Source of the DNA: Lentisphaerales bacterium
Lineage (GTDB): Bacteria > Verrucomicrobiota > Kiritimatiellia > JAUXFM01
Direction of reading: 5' to 3'
Assembly (NCBI GenBank): GCA_030622955.1
Contig: JAUXFM010000001.1
Span: 4,185-68,184, forward strand
Length of the DNA: 64,000 bases
Part shown: piece after piece, positions 63,372 to 64,000 of the stretch
How the letters are laid out: each line of letters opens with the position of its first letter
Numbering within the stretch: the first letter of the stretch is position 1
Notes under the pieces: generated by a model
Database searches by the model: none
Seen by the model: the letters and a program-made list of their open reading frames with translations, nothing else
Told to the model about the DNA's origin: nothing
Translations under genes and position numbers: made by a program

Positions 63372-64000
63372 TCACATGGATGTTGGATATTGAGCGTTCG
63401 ATGTTTGCTTCTCCTGGCCAGCACCTTCCCTGAACGCGAGTGCTCCTGTGGGGCATCTTCTCACACATTCTTCCGCAGCGCTGCCCAATCCATCGCTCAT
63501 GTTCCCGCCAAAAGGCACCGCAATACCTGTATCCATCCCACGATTCACAAAACTGAGGCCGGGCTCAATGCCGCGCTTCTCCGTGATGCGGACACAGAGC
63601 CCGCACAGAATGCATTTCCCCTGCTCGAAGACTATTTCCGGATGCTCGACATTCTGTTCATAGGTTCTTCGCTCGGCTGCTTTGAATTCGCGCTGCAGAG
63701 CATTGCATCGATCGGAATAGTCTCGTAATCGACATGCATCAGCTTTCCTGCAATCACAATGAAGGCAGCGGCGCGATTCGTCTCTTACCTGCCCGGGAGT
63801 CGGCGCGATGTCTTCGACCCCTGGATCAATTCGACCGACAGGCTCGGCTTGTGCAAGGAACAGGTCCTTTTCAGCGTCATGTAATCGTCCGATGGTCGAG
63901 TTGAAGCGCCGCCACGTTTCGTTCGCCTTGCCCGTCTCCAGGTAACTGCCGACGAGATTTGCCAATCGCTTCCCCTCACCAACAGCATGAATAACAGTTC
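63372..64000 (-). CDS. 4Fe-4S ferredoxin-domain protein, C-terminal part (5' end beyond window)
   Basis: Cys clusters 'CLHCDCRKADAC', 'CILCGLCVRI' and 'CVRRCPTG' (CxxCxxCxxxCP-type). The ORF runs to the window edge. Confidence 0.5.
   Translation of the reverse strand, partial: TVIHAVGEGKRLANLVGSYLETGKANETWRRFNSTIGRLHDAEKDLFLAQAEPVGRIDPGVEDIAPTPGQVRDESRRCLHCDCRKADACRLRDYSDRCNALQREFKAAERRTYEQNVEHPEIVFEQGKCILCGLCVRITEKRGIEPGLSFVNRGMDTGIAVPFGGNMSDGLGSAAEECVRRCPTGALAFREGAGQEKQTSNAQYPTSM

Noticed and set aside
63218-63424. 68-aa minus-strand ORF between GT1 and the Fe-S protein gene
   Set aside because: It overlaps the 3' end of the Fe-S protein ORF in another frame, and nothing recognisable is encoded.

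Overview
This is a bacterial chromosomal segment from a Gram-negative-type organism, with roughly 55% GC, dense coding and many 4-bp start/stop overlaps. It contains several recognisable housekeeping or conserved blocks. First, a DUF47-PiT phosphate uptake pair. Second, a complete N-type (Na+-type) ATPase operon in the diagnostic atpD-C-Q-R-B-E-F-A-G order. Third, a K+-dependent-type membrane pyrophosphatase. Fourth, a serS-tilS-ftsH-folP-cdaA-cdaR-ftsK-rodZ-rimO block. It also contains a minus-strand tRNA-Glu, three two-component-system gene pairs or singletons, a B12-binding radical SAM gene, and a TonB-dependent receptor. Three PQQ-like beta-propeller paralogs sit around a MacB/FtsX-type ABC exporter and a GT1 glycosyltransferase. 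The most unusual stretch is a ~10 kb minus-strand run (18999-28092) of uncharacterised, mostly membrane proteins. Within it, a tightly overlapping five-gene operon (19913-25075) encodes two paralogous domains that, from recall, resemble the linalool dehydratase/isomerase (alpha/alpha)6-barrel family. One copy is fused to a ~440-aa Trp-rich polytopic membrane domain. The operon also carries two micro-membrane proteins and a membrane-anchored metallophosphoesterase. A winged-helix regulator and Yip1-like membrane proteins lie immediately upstream. I found no CRISPR array, no rRNA, and no intact transposon. A single degraded IS200/RAYT-like transposase remnant is present at 54932-55225.
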